A stretch of DNA of 25,782 nucleotides from a virus (lineage: Duplodnaviria; Caudoviricetes). The first letter of the stretch is position 1, and every line of letters starts with the position of its first letter. The DNA is taken from positions 1 to 25,782 of the IMG/VR virus record IMGVR_UViG_3300028414_000055. One strand, written 5' to 3'. The notes below the pieces were generated by a model that searched no databases, was not told the DNA's origin, and saw only the letters and a program-made list of their open reading frames with translations. The translations under genes were made by a program, and so were the position numbers. This document shows, piece after piece, positions 15,695 to 25,782 of the stretch.

Positions 15695-17551
15695 ATGGCT
15701 GAATTAAAATTTTTAGAAAAAGCAAGAGTTAATGCTAAGCAAATATATGGCGATGCTTCTAATTATATTGGAAGAGTCTATGGAAGAGCTGGTGACTTTT
15801 TTACAACAGCTTCACCATTTGCTCAAATATTAGAAGTAATGTCTGAGATGAATGAAATGCTTATGTTCTATATAGAAGACTCTACAGTAGAGCAAAACAT
15901 TTACACTGCACAGCAGCCTGAATCTATATATGGACTTGCTAGACTTGCCGGTCATGACCCAACAAGAGGGTTTGCAGCAACTGGAGAAATTAGGTTTAGA
16001 TGGAAACCAGGTGCTAAAGATGATATTGCTGGAAACAATTTAATTATACCTGTAAATACTAAAATTACATTTGAAAATAATGGTCTTACTTATTTCTTAA
16101 GAACGCAAAAAGATGAGTTTCTTTTACCTAAATCTTCAAATGGCTGGGTTCAAGCAAGTATAATGCAGGGCGAATTAGAATCTCAAACAGTTACTGGAAC
16201 TGGAGAAAAGATGCAAAGTTTTAATATTAAAGTACCCGGAACAACAGACCACAACTATGTTAAAGTATCTGTAAATGGCGAATTATGGACTAAATTTGAT
16301 AGTCTATATGAAATGAGACCTACAGATAAAGGAGTTTTGATTAAAAGCGGAATTAGTGGTGGAATTGATATTTACTTTGGAACTGGTAATTTTGGTTCTA
16401 TACCTCAAAATGGAGCAGCAATAGAAATACAATATTTAAAATGTGATGGAGCTGCAGGAAACTTAAATCAATCAGGTGATTTAAGTTTTAACTGGATTGA
16501 AGAGGGTTCTGATTCAACAGGAGAAGATTATGACTTAAATGAACTACTAGATTCTGAAGTATTGATTACTCCTTTTATGGGAGCAGATCCAGAGTCTACT
16601 GAATTTACAAAAATGCTAACACCAATGGCTAGCAAAAGTTATGTTTTGTCAAATCCTGACAACTATGAATATTTCTTATCTAAATACGGTCAATTTAGTT
16701 ATTTAGATGCATATAATACAACAGAAGACGGCTATTTAGATGATGACAACGTTATTTATATTTTTGCTATTCCAGATTTAGAAAAAAGATTATTGTCTGG
16801 TACTGATTATTTTTCAGTTCCGCAAGAAGAATTCTTTTTCAGCAAAGAAGAAACTGATAGATTTATTGGTGTTATAGAGGATAGTGGTCAACAAATGGTT
16901 ACAAGTGAAGCTGTATTCGTAGAGCCTAAAGCTATTAAATATAGAATGGATATATCTATAAGATGGTTTGAAGGATTTAAGCAAGAAGATATTTTTAATG
17001 ACATCAGAGCTGCGGTTAGTAATTACCTTATAAAAATTACAAGAAGGGATAAACTTCCTAAAAGTGATATCGTTGCCTTAATCGAGGATGTTGAAGGTGT
17101 TGATGCCGTAAATGTTCAATTTGTTTCGAGTGTTGAAGAAGAGGCTAGAAGAAATGGATACTACACTTATAAAAAGATTACAGTTACCCCCACAACGCCT
17201 GAACTCCTCGGCAACGACGGAGACCAAAAAAGATTAGTGTTCTTTAAAAGAACAGAAGAAATTAAAAAAATAACGCTTGACCAGCCAGACATGTTAATTC
17301 CTGTTTCAGGAGGAGATAAGGCTATAGAAGATTGGTACAATAAAATAGGTTTAGATAAGTATGGTGACATTATTTTAGATAAAGATGAAGTTGCTGTATT
17401 TAGAGGAAATTGGGAAGATAGAGATGGGAATCTTGTAAAAGATACTCCAGCTATTGGTGAAATGAGTTCACTTTCAATTTATTTTGATAATCCACCAGTT
17501 CCTAGAACTATTTATAGTAGAATTCAAGCAGGAAATAGAAGAGCATTGTAA
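15695..17551 (+). CDS. Baseplate wedge protein (gp6 / baseplate J-like)
   Basis: Follows gp25. EQNIYTAQQPESIYGLARLAGHDP, IYFGTGNFGSIP, YLKCDGAAGN and GADPES...DNYE motifs of gp6. Confidence 0.85.
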   Translation: MAELKFLEKARVNAKQIYGDASNYIGRVYGRAGDFFTTASPFAQILEVMSEMNEMLMFYIEDSTVEQNIYTAQQPESIYGLARLAGHDPTRGFAATGEIRFRWKPGAKDDIAGNNLIIPVNTKITFENNGLTYFLRTQKDEFLLPKSSNGWVQASIMQGELESQTVTGTGEKMQSFNIKVPGTTDHNYVKVSVNGELWTKFDSLYEMRPTDKGVLIKSGISGGIDIYFGTGNFGSIPQNGAAIEIQYLKCDGAAGNLNQSGDLSFNWIEEGSDSTGEDYDLNELLDSEVLITPFMGADPESTEFTKMLTPMASKSYVLSNPDNYEYFLSKYGQFSYLDAYNTTEDGYLDDDNVIYIFAIPDLEKRLLSGTDYFSVPQEEFFFSKEETDRFIGVIEDSGQQMVTSEAVFVEPKAIKYRMDISIRWFEGFKQEDIFNDIRAAVSNYLIKITRRDKLPKSDIVALIEDVEGVDAVNVQFVSSVEEEARRNGYYTYKKITVTPTTPELLGNDGDQKRLVFFKRTEEIKKITLDQPDMLIPVSGGDKAIEDWYNKIGLDKYGDIILDKDEVAVFRGNWEDRDGNLVKDTPAIGEMSSLSIYFDNPPVPRTIYSRIQAGNRRAL

Positions 17552-17820
17552 TGGGACTATACGACGATTTATATAGATATAAAAGAGAAAAAAGATATAA
17601 TTACCAGAAGGTACGAAAAGACAATAGACTTAATTTAGGTTATGACTATTCTGATGACCTTATTAGGAATAATATCTCTAGTCATATTTTTAGAAATGAC
17701 ACTATTCGAGATTTTATAGGTTTTTGTACAGATTATTATATGAATACAATAAAACAAATCCGTAAAATGAAAAATTGGAAAAACTTTACGGTCGATAAAG
17801 ATGATAAAAACGTAAGATAA
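17551..17820 (+). CDS. Small hypothetical protein (89 aa), probably baseplate-associated
   Basis: TAATG-coupled on both sides between gp6 and the gp7-like gene. Confidence 0.7.
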   Translation: MGLYDDLYRYKREKRYNYQKVRKDNRLNLGYDYSDDLIRNNISSHIFRNDTIRDFIGFCTDYYMNTIKQIRKMKNWKNFTVDKDDKNVR

Positions 17821-20609
17821 TGGCAGAATATCCTTATTTAAGATTTTTTAATGGTGTAGAAAATGAACTAAATTTAAAAGAAGATTTAGTTTCTGGAGTT
17901 TTAAAAGGTTCAATCTTTTTACCAGAAGTTTCTACAGGTTTATATGAATCTGCAAACCTTTTTATTCTTGAAGAGCAAAAAGATGCTCAAGGAAACCCAG
18001 TATGGGGTACTCCAATTGGGGAATCCGGATCAACTCAATTTAAAGTTGAATGGGTTGATGATGTTTATTCAAGCAATGACTTGTTTTTCTATGGTACTAG
18101 AATAGAAGATGAAACTGTAAAAATTCAAGAATTAGATACTTTAACTTTAGATACTTTAGACCATACAAACCTAGTATCTACTGACGTTACAGGTCTTAAA
18201 GAAGTTTCTGATTATATTAATAGTGCTATGCAAATTAATATTGGTTTATCTTCTGCAAATGAAGGTAGACATGATAAAGTTTTAAGAATATCTGATACCT
18301 TTGATGATACTGTTTTGGCTGAAATATTAGTGTATGGCGAAACTATCGGCGAAGATGAAAGATTAAGAGACCTTTTACAAAATTTAGGAGGCACATTAGA
18401 TGATGGCGATTTTATTATGTTTAAAGAGCATGATATTAATGAGTATGGAATTGATTGGAAATTAATGAACCAAAAAAGAAGAGAACTTCTTTTAGAATTA
18501 CATAATATAAAACCATTTGTAGGAACATATAAAGCAGTGTTGAATGCAATTGACTTTTTTGGATATAACAATATCACATTAAAAGAATATTGGTTAAATA
18601 TAAATCAAGAGAGCGGAGCTTTTGGAAAATTACAAGCAGTTCCAGTACCTGATACAAATAGTGGTTTTTCATATAAGAAACGAAAAAAGTTTAATTTACC
18701 AAATTCTAATTTAAAGAAGACTTCTAGATTTTCTTTAGTTTACAAATTAAATAACCCAACTGGTGGGTTTGATAATTGGGATATTCCAGAAGTGGAAGAG
18801 GCTTTTGATTTTACACCTGAAGAAGTATTAATAAAATTATATGGTCTAAAGAGTAAATTACAAAGAGACTATTTACCATTACAGGCAAAGATTGTAGATA
18901 TTACCGGAGAAGGAGACTTTTTTGACCAAAAAAACATAAACACTTGGAATAATCAAGAGCCTATTGCTCTTTTTAATGAAGGAAAAGATGTTGATTTTAA
19001 AGTTTTTCCGGAAAATAAACAATTGTACATAGAAGACTATAAACTATTAACAGACTCTAATATACTTATTGGAACTTCTCCTGGTTCTATTATAGGACTG
19101 GAAGAATTTGATGACATATCTCAATCAGATAGAGAATTACTTCTTTCTGACTTTGAAAATTTCTATTTAAAATATTACGAAGAAGATAAAGATAGTTTCA
19201 ACAATAGTGTTCTTGGGTACTATGACGTACCTGTTGGTTCTCCATTAATTTTAGAATGTACTTCATTACCACAAACTTGGGAAGATGCTGATTTTCCATG
19301 GGCAGATGCAATAGACCCTCAAATTACATGGAATAACTGGTGGAAAAGAAATGTTTATGAAATTGAATGGAAAGTAACTGGTCCTAGAGGATATTCTCAA
19401 TCTTTTAAAGGAGACATTGGATATTGGGAAACTAATGGTCTTACTTCACCTGATGAAATTTTGACATGGCATCCAGAAATGCTAAAACTTGCAATTATAG
19501 TACCATATACTGGAGATTATGCAGTTGAATTAAGACTTACTGACTTAAATGGTTTTACAAGTTTCCATAAAAAACAAGATGTATTTAACGTTAAAGTTAA
19601 ACCTATTGAATTGTATGGAATTTATCAATGGAAAGAAAATACTGATTGGAGAAAATGGAAAACTTCATGGGATAATACTGGAGGATATTGGGATTTGCCT
19701 ACTGAAAATTTAGAAAAAGTTAGAGATAGTTTTCAAAGTTTATATCTTACAATGGATAGAAATAATTATCTATATGATGAATCTCAAGGAAAGCAATTTT
19801 CAACGGTTAGAAGATTTATAGACAATGACCCTTCTAATTTAACAGGTTATGGAGAAACTACAGGACCATATACATGGGATGCAATTGATGAAGTAAGGTG
19901 GAATGATTTTAAACATGCTTGGTGGAATTCAACTAGAATAGGTTCAGATTTAGCAGCTAGTTTTAAAATATCAGATGCTTATCAAGGTAATGTTTTAACA
20001 ATAAAGCATTTCGATCCTATTACAAAAGAAAATAAAATTGGATATCATACTATTGTTTCTTCCACACCAACCGGTACTGGAGACATTGCTGGATGGCAAG
20101 CAATTGCTGATGAATTAAACGCATCAACAGATGAAATAATTTCTAAATTTAATTACAATCCAGTATTTGAAGATACTAATAACGACGGTGCGGTAGATAC
20201 TTTTAATTTTATGTTAGGTGTAGGTAAAAACTATTCTTATTCATATGACTTTGATAGTGTATATTTCAGCATAGGTTCTGGTACGGCAAATGGTCTAATT
20301 ATAGGTGAAGTTCATTTTACTTCTTATAACCCAACATTTGATAGTGTTCGTATTATAAATGGCAGCGCTGATATTGAAAGGTCTACACATGTAACTATTT
20401 CAGTTGATAAAACTCAGATGCCTGGTATTAAAAATCCAGTATGGAAAATATATAAAGATACTAACGCAGATTACAGTGATATATATTATGATAATATGTG
20501 GTTACCATACTTATTTCAAAAACAAGGTTCTTATAGAATATCCTTAGAATTGGAAGACAGTAACGGTAATAAGAATAGTATCGAAAGAAATATGATAAAC
20601 GTAAAATAA
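17820..20609 (+). CDS. Large baseplate wedge protein (gp7/P2 gpI-like) with Ig/PKD-like modules
   Basis: Follows gp6. FVGTYKAVLNAIDFFGYNNITLKEYW resembles the gpI/gp7 'GT...i...l..~G....i.EyW' core; PKD-like strands GDYAVELRLTDLNG and GSYRISLELEDSNGN. Confidence 0.6.
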   Translation: MAEYPYLRFFNGVENELNLKEDLVSGVLKGSIFLPEVSTGLYESANLFILEEQKDAQGNPVWGTPIGESGSTQFKVEWVDDVYSSNDLFFYGTRIEDETVKIQELDTLTLDTLDHTNLVSTDVTGLKEVSDYINSAMQINIGLSSANEGRHDKVLRISDTFDDTVLAEILVYGETIGEDERLRDLLQNLGGTLDDGDFIMFKEHDINEYGIDWKLMNQKRRELLLELHNIKPFVGTYKAVLNAIDFFGYNNITLKEYWLNINQESGAFGKLQAVPVPDTNSGFSYKKRKKFNLPNSNLKKTSRFSLVYKLNNPTGGFDNWDIPEVEEAFDFTPEEVLIKLYGLKSKLQRDYLPLQAKIVDITGEGDFFDQKNINTWNNQEPIALFNEGKDVDFKVFPENKQLYIEDYKLLTDSNILIGTSPGSIIGLEEFDDISQSDRELLLSDFENFYLKYYEEDKDSFNNSVLGYYDVPVGSPLILECTSLPQTWEDADFPWADAIDPQITWNNWWKRNVYEIEWKVTGPRGYSQSFKGDIGYWETNGLTSPDEILTWHPEMLKLAIIVPYTGDYAVELRLTDLNGFTSFHKKQDVFNVKVKPIELYGIYQWKENTDWRKWKTSWDNTGGYWDLPTENLEKVRDSFQSLYLTMDRNNYLYDESQGKQFSTVRRFIDNDPSNLTGYGETTGPYTWDAIDEVRWNDFKHAWWNSTRIGSDLAASFKISDAYQGNVLTIKHFDPITKENKIGYHTIVSSTPTGTGDIAGWQAIADELNASTDEIISKFNYNPVFEDTNNDGAVDTFNFMLGVGKNYSYSYDFDSVYFSIGSGTANGLIIGEVHFTSYNPTFDSVRIINGSADIERSTHVTISVDKTQMPGIKNPVWKIYKDTNADYSDIYYDNMWLPYLFQKQGSYRISLELEDSNGNKNSIERNMINVK

Positions 20610-20623
20610 AAAAACAATAAAAA

Positions 20624-21154
20624 ATGGCAGTTATAGAAATTTTAGGAACAGATTCATTATCTTCGTCAAGAACGACACTTAATGATAACTTTAATGCTTT
20701 ACAAGATGAGATAGTAGACATCAAAGCATTATTAGATCCGACAACAAACACATTAACGGGAGTTAATGCAAATTTACTTTCATTAGTTGTATCTGGTGCT
20801 ACTACTCTAGCAACATTAAGTTCAACTTCACTTGACAATACTGGCGAAAGTAATTTGGGAGGAAGCGTAATAAAGTCTGGTTCTTATCAGGATATCGCAA
20901 CACCTTCAGCAACCTTACCAGCTACATTAACAGATTATAACTATTTTGTTGATTGTACAGTCGCATTAACATTAGTTGCAGGTTCAGAAGGTCAAGAAAT
21001 TACATTAATAGCAGGAGTTGCAGGAGATGTAGATGCAACAAGCGTCGCAGCAGCTACTAATATTACATTAAACAGCGTAGGGAGTACATTATCACTAAGA
21101 TACTTAGGTTCTAGTTGGTATGTTGTAGGTTCTCATGGCGTTACAATATCTTAA
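20624..21154 (+). CDS. Small structural protein, gp9/gp10-like baseplate-fibre connector or short fibre
   Basis: N-terminal DSLSSSRTTLNDNFNAL (the 'IN.NF..L' trimer-anchor pattern); T/A/S-rich; C-terminal SLRYLGSSWYVVG beta-sandwich end. Confidence 0.45.
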   Translation: MAVIEILGTDSLSSSRTTLNDNFNALQDEIVDIKALLDPTTNTLTGVNANLLSLVVSGATTLATLSSTSLDNTGESNLGGSVIKSGSYQDIATPSATLPATLTDYNYFVDCTVALTLVAGSEGQEITLIAGVAGDVDATSVAAATNITLNSVGSTLSLRYLGSSWYVVGSHGVTIS

Positions 21155-21170
21155 TAAAAACAATAAGTAA

Positions 21171-23090
21171 ATGGCTACACCGTTAGTAAGAATACCACAA
21201 GTACAAGGAGGCACAATGTATGCCTTCGCAAATGGAACAAGAGATTTAACAAGGGCATTTAATAATGCAGACCTTGAATTTGACTTTTCAAAGTATGCTC
21301 TTTTAGATTTGCCTAATTTTCAAGCACCTTCGAGTGGAGAAAATACAATTCAGTTTGATTCATTAATAGATTATTCAGGAGCGGCTTACGTTCCTTCTTC
21401 TAACGCTGCTGTAGAATTTGCTAAAACTTTTCAAAATTATGCACTTAACTTGGAAGATTTACTTTTACAAGATGATGATTTTGATTCTACTCTTTTTAGT
21501 TCAGATGCAGAAAAGATATTTTTTAAATGGATGGAAAAAACCGGAGCAATTAGATTCAAAACTGCCGATTCTAATGAAGCTGCAAATGTTGGTTTTTCTA
21601 CAGAAGAATTTAATGCTTCTGGAACTGGGACAGATTATGAAAGAGTAGTAAAATATTTAGGTACTATTGATGTTGGAAATGATATCAACTATAAAGGACA
21701 AGCATATCAAGAAGTTTTTATAAATGTACCATCTAGCATAGGTTACACACCAACTATTTTATTCAATAATACAAACTATAATACTACACAAACTTCTATT
21801 CTAGGAGAGGCTGATATTAATGGTAGAGCTGGAACAACACATCCAGATATAAACTTAGATACTGAAACTCTTGCTGATGTCGCTTCTGGTGAATATTTAG
21901 TAGGACCAACATCTTCTAATTATGGAATTGATTGGGAGGCTGATAACTATGCTAATATTGTAAATTCTTCAACATTACAAACTTTAGAAGATTTTGCAAA
22001 AACTGGTCAAGATTTTAGATTTAATGCTGTATTAATTTATTATGACCTTTATAGCAAATCAGTACCTTCTAACAGGTCAACAAATCTTTATGGTATCTTA
22101 ATACTAGATAACCCACAAGATAATCCAGGTGCAGCAAGTAGTTCATATATTCCTGAAATTGTAAAATACAAACCTAATGAAATTACTGGTTTAAATGGTA
22201 ATGCATTTGGTCTTAAATTAAATCTTAAATTTAATTCATCTTTAGATAATGTTGGGGTTGAAGTAAACGTAAATGACTTTACGACATTCTCAATGGACTT
22301 ATTTATGGATACGACAAGTTCATTAGAGCAAGCAACTAAGATTTTAAGAGATGCTAATATTAGATATAACACAATTTCTTCAAGAGTTGATGAGGTTGAA
22401 AACTTAATAGCAACAACAGAAGGAACTGATTTAATAATTAGCAGGTTAAACGAATTAGAATCTTCTTTAGAAAATGCTTCACTAAACCTTGCTGATGCAG
22501 ATAGTTTACTCAGCTTAATCACAAGTGCTAACAATAGAATCAATCAGATAGTTGATGGAACTATTCCTACAGAGGTTCAATATAACACTGATGTATTGGC
22601 TGCTGGAAATGGAATTCTTTTAGATAAAAGTATACCAAATAAAATAAAAGTTAATAATAATCTAAAAGGATATTCTTTAAATAGACCTTATAGATTTAAC
22701 GAAAACACATTGACAAGATATACTGAAATTTCAGCGGCGTCTCAATACGATCCGACACAATCTTCAACTTATGGTATTTGGACTCAAATTAAAGATTTTT
22801 CAAATCAGTTAAGATTAGCAGGAAAAGTTACTTCCGGAAGTGCTGATACAAATATCAATATATACTTAGACGATAAACTTATTAAATGGTCAGATGGTCA
22901 AAGTTTTAAAGTTGTTTTTGAAAATTTAGATTTGAATGGATATTCAATAAATATTTGGACAAATTACTTAAACAATTATAATACACAAATTGGAAGTTTA
23001 TCAGATGCTCAATTGAGCGATAACCCTTATTTTGAAATAGTATGCGTAAATGCTGCTAGTTATGATTTCGAAATTGATATAATAAGATAA
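21171..23090 (+). CDS. Unknown virion structural protein (639 aa) with a central coiled coil
   Basis: Acidic N/T/S/D-rich composition; heptad-like stretch LEQATKILRDAN...INQIV; position in the module. Confidence 0.65.
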   Translation: MATPLVRIPQVQGGTMYAFANGTRDLTRAFNNADLEFDFSKYALLDLPNFQAPSSGENTIQFDSLIDYSGAAYVPSSNAAVEFAKTFQNYALNLEDLLLQDDDFDSTLFSSDAEKIFFKWMEKTGAIRFKTADSNEAANVGFSTEEFNASGTGTDYERVVKYLGTIDVGNDINYKGQAYQEVFINVPSSIGYTPTILFNNTNYNTTQTSILGEADINGRAGTTHPDINLDTETLADVASGEYLVGPTSSNYGIDWEADNYANIVNSSTLQTLEDFAKTGQDFRFNAVLIYYDLYSKSVPSNRSTNLYGILILDNPQDNPGAASSSYIPEIVKYKPNEITGLNGNAFGLKLNLKFNSSLDNVGVEVNVNDFTTFSMDLFMDTTSSLEQATKILRDANIRYNTISSRVDEVENLIATTEGTDLIISRLNELESSLENASLNLADADSLLSLITSANNRINQIVDGTIPTEVQYNTDVLAAGNGILLDKSIPNKIKVNNNLKGYSLNRPYRFNENTLTRYTEISAASQYDPTQSSTYGIWTQIKDFSNQLRLAGKVTSGSADTNINIYLDDKLIKWSDGQSFKVVFENLDLNGYSINIWTNYLNNYNTQIGSLSDAQLSDNPYFEIVCVNAASYDFEIDIIR

Positions 23091-23096
23091 GAATAA

Positions 23097-25782
23097 ATGG
23101 ACACACAAAACTCATTAAATAGCGTTATTAGACAGTTCACTCAAATGAACACAAATGCTTTAGAAACTTTTGAAAGAATTAATCAAGCAGTAACAACTCA
23201 AGATGAATCAATAACAGTTTCCATAGATTTATTTGGTACTCCAGACGAGGATGGTAATACTACAATAAAGACTTATCAAATACCTTCTTTTGGTTTCTTA
23301 AATAAAGAAATGAAAAGACTTGAAAACAATATCAAAGCGCTTAGTGGTGTTGGTACTTCAAATGCAACAGTTCAATTACCTGATGGCAGCTTTCAAAGAG
23401 TTATCACTAAAAAACTAAAGACACCTGCAAATGATTTAGAGGTTATTGATTTACCAACTTCTTTTGAAACTACAGATAATGACTTTTTTGAAGATTTTCT
23501 TAACCCTTTATTAACTGTAAAATTTAATGTTAGTGGTCAAATTGACACTGATACTGAAAGGGTTTTAGTTAAAAGATTTATATTTCCAGCTGAAGATGAT
23601 TTTGCACCTTCTTATTTTGATGACAATTACAAGAATTTAGAAGAGTTAGATTATGAAACTGCTCTTGGTGATATTATTTCAGATGGTGTAAATATAACAA
23701 TTGATGAGCAAGTAAGAGATTTACCTTTTAAATCTACTCAATATTATGGTGGGTTTGATGTTATCAATGTAGAAAATGTATCTAGAACTTTTCAAGTTGA
23801 TGGAGAAGATGTTACAAGAACCGTAAAACTATTTACACTTAATAAATTAACATATAGTGATGGGGAAAAGTCACTAAAAGATACCGAGCTTTTAAGTATA
23901 GGAGATAATCTTCTGGTTAATTCTGGTAACAATAGCACAAGGTATGAGATAACTAACATTTATTCAGGTACAAGTCAACTGGAGTTAAAGCTGATAGAAG
24001 GATTTGACTCTGTATCTATTGGTGCTGATGTTTTAAAAATTTATAAAAATTTAGAAGATTCAGTAAGCCTAAGTATTAATGTAGGTTTTAATGAAAGACA
24101 AATTGTGTTCTTTAAAGCAATTGACCCTTCTTCTAAAATTATAGCAGAAAACTGGTCACCTGGTGTTGGGTTCTATTCAAACGAATTAACAATTGAAGAG
24201 GTTGATGGAAGTACTTCAACTTTAGCAGCATATTATAGAAATAATGTAGCTGATTTCGGACAATTTATTAAATCACTTAAAGAAGATTTCATTCCACCTG
24301 CAACTGTAGGAATTGTTCCAGATCCAGTTGAATTATTACCAGGTAATTTTTCAGTAGTTCAAGTAAATACTCACTTAACATCTAATGATGCATTCGATTC
24401 TATCAAAAAACTATCAAGTGATAAAGTTACTGTTTTAGAATCAATTAAAAAATTAGATGATACTATTTCAAATAAAAGATCCGAGATAGCAACTAAGAAA
24501 TACACTTCTAAAATAGAGCAAAATAAAGATAAAAATAATCTTAACTCTCTAATTGAAAAAAGAAGTGGAGAAGCAAAACTTTATACTTCAATAGTAAATC
24601 AAATTCAAAGTATTAGTACTGACCAAGGTATAGCTGATATCAGTGCAAAATATAGAGTTAGAGGTTTTTGGGCTATTCCAGAAGCAAAAGATAACGAAGA
24701 CACTTTACCACAAGAAATAGTTCAATTTAAGATTCAATATAGATATGTTTCATCTAGCGGAAAAACTTCTAACATAGAGCAAATTCCTTTTGAAACAAAT
24801 GGACAAACTACAACAGCAAGTTTTTCTAATTGGAATCAATATGAAACCCCTGTTAGAAAAAGACTTAGAGATTCTGTAACAGGTAAATATGTTTGGGTTT
24901 CTGAATCAGTTGAAGATGGACAAGAAATAAACTTTAACCAATTAGATATTCCAATTAATTTAGGAGAAAGTGTAGAAATAAGAATAAAATCTATTTCTGA
25001 AGCAGGATATCCTTCTAACCCTTTAGAATCTGATTGGAGTGAAATTACTAAAATTGATTTTCCAGAAGGTCTTTTAGATACTACAAATATAGTTAATTTA
25101 ATTGAAGAAAATTCTAAAGAAACTACATTTGTAAAATTATTAGATGAATTAGAATCTAAAGGTTTTTATGAGCATATTGCACAATCTGTTATTGCTAACG
25201 AAAAATACTTTGCACATGGTGCTAAAGATATTAATTCTGGATTCTTATCTGGAGAGCAAACACCAATAACATTATTTGATAAATTAATAGACCTTCAAAA
25301 AGAAATAGAAACTCTTAGAGGAGTTATAGAAAATGCAGAAGGAGAATTAACAGTTACTTTAGTTGATGAAGAAGGAGCTACTACTCAGATAGAAGCTAAC
25401 CAAACAGCAAAAGTATTTGCTGGATATTATGTTGATGAGGTTGCAGACTTAAATATTAAAAAAGGTCATATTGTTACTAAGACTTTTAAACTTTTATTAG
25501 AAAATACAAAAGCGACAGATTTAGAATTAGTTGCTAGAGTTATTGGTAAAAGATCCGATGCAGTTTATCATTCTTCTTCTACTGGAACTGAAGTTGATTT
25601 TGAAATGGGAACAAATGATTTTGCTGTTACACCATCACCAACACTAGCATCAAGAGTTGAAAATGATACTTATTATACAGTAGAGGCTAAATATGACTTA
25701 GTGCCAATACAATATCAAAATATGTCAAGTGCCGAGGCAGCTGCTGAAATTTTCAATAATGCATCGCCTTTTCAATCAGCAC
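23097..25782 (+). CDS. Large virion protein, 3'-truncated (>895 aa), with coiled coil and FN3-like domain; absent from the ORF track
   Basis: ATG at 23097 (MDTQNSLNSVIRQF...), still in the same open frame at the window end (...AAEIFNNASPFQSA). Contains KYRVRGFW...FKIQYRY...VEIRIKSISEAGYPSNPLESDWS. Confidence 0.85.
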   Translation, partial: MDTQNSLNSVIRQFTQMNTNALETFERINQAVTTQDESITVSIDLFGTPDEDGNTTIKTYQIPSFGFLNKEMKRLENNIKALSGVGTSNATVQLPDGSFQRVITKKLKTPANDLEVIDLPTSFETTDNDFFEDFLNPLLTVKFNVSGQIDTDTERVLVKRFIFPAEDDFAPSYFDDNYKNLEELDYETALGDIISDGVNITIDEQVRDLPFKSTQYYGGFDVINVENVSRTFQVDGEDVTRTVKLFTLNKLTYSDGEKSLKDTELLSIGDNLLVNSGNNSTRYEITNIYSGTSQLELKLIEGFDSVSIGADVLKIYKNLEDSVSLSINVGFNERQIVFFKAIDPSSKIIAENWSPGVGFYSNELTIEEVDGSTSTLAAYYRNNVADFGQFIKSLKEDFIPPATVGIVPDPVELLPGNFSVVQVNTHLTSNDAFDSIKKLSSDKVTVLESIKKLDDTISNKRSEIATKKYTSKIEQNKDKNNLNSLIEKRSGEAKLYTSIVNQIQSISTDQGIADISAKYRVRGFWAIPEAKDNEDTLPQEIVQFKIQYRYVSSSGKTSNIEQIPFETNGQTTTASFSNWNQYETPVRKRLRDSVTGKYVWVSESVEDGQEINFNQLDIPINLGESVEIRIKSISEAGYPSNPLESDWSEITKIDFPEGLLDTTNIVNLIEENSKETTFVKLLDELESKGFYEHIAQSVIANEKYFAHGAKDINSGFLSGEQTPITLFDKLIDLQKEIETLRGVIENAEGELTVTLVDEEGATTQIEANQTAKVFAGYYVDEVADLNIKKGHIVTKTFKLLLENTKATDLELVARVIGKRSDAVYHSSSTGTEVDFEMGTNDFAVTPSPTLASRVENDTYYTVEAKYDLVPIQYQNMSSAEAAAEIFNNASPFQSA

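Larger units (their letters stand above)
1..25782 (+). mobile_element. Segment of a large contractile-tailed bacteriophage genome (nucleotide metabolism/helicase block plus baseplate/neck module); host probably Bacteroidetes
   Basis: Co-oriented dense genes including gp5-OB spike, gp25, gp6, gp53-like and gp13-like neck homologues plus dCMP deaminase. No bacterial housekeeping operon context. Host inferred from the S1 sequence type and SD-less starts. Confidence 0.9.

Noticed and set aside
350-22543. All minus-strand ORFs and the short alternative-frame plus-strand ORFs (10792, 11914, 21418) in the track
   Set aside because: They lie within or across longer, motif-bearing + strand genes and have the S/L/F-rich composition of antisense shadows.
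4800-25782. Bacterial eCIS/T6SS/tailocin locus instead of a phage
   Set aside because: A gp13-like head-tail adaptor implies a capsid; there is no membrane complex or Afp15-like ATPase; the flanking genes are phage-like.
1-25782. Stop-codon reassignment (TAG or TGA read as sense), as in some large phages
   Set aside because: Standard code 11 gives full-length genes with near-complete coding density. Stops are 22 TAA, 1 TGA (3750) and 1 TAG (11366), and no gene appears fragmented.
1-25782. tRNA, rRNA, introns or inteins
   Set aside because: Intergenic gaps are all under ~60 nt, no cloverleaf was seen, and there are no intein (C...HN) or homing-endonuclease motifs in the helicase or other genes.

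Overview
AT-rich (~30% GC) fragment of a large contractile-tailed (myovirus-like, probably jumbo or huge) phage genome. About 25 tightly packed genes all lie on the + strand. Bases 1-4760 hold a dCMP deaminase (5'-truncated), a DinG/XPD-type Fe-S helicase and six small unknown ORFs. From 4800 to the end is a virion baseplate/neck module: tube-initiator-like, gp53/LysM-like, hub-like, gp5-OB/gpV spike, gp13-like neck, gp25, gp6, gp7/gpI-like, gp9/10-like and two large unknown structural proteins, the last running off the window. The most striking feature is a two-gene non-structural insert in the middle of the baseplate genes: a 4-domain, Bacteroidetes-type ribosomal protein S1 homologue followed by an amidoligase (COOH-NH2 ligase) fused to a Cys-ladder beta-helix. 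Genes lack Shine-Dalgarno motifs and use A-rich leaders or overlapping stop/start codons. A RATAWATA motif resembling the T4 late promoter recurs upstream of genes, including an exact 19-nt repeat 4 nt before two start codons. Together these suggest a phage-encoded translation-redirecting system in a Bacteroidetes host (inference). All family calls come from motif recognition by eye; no database search was run.
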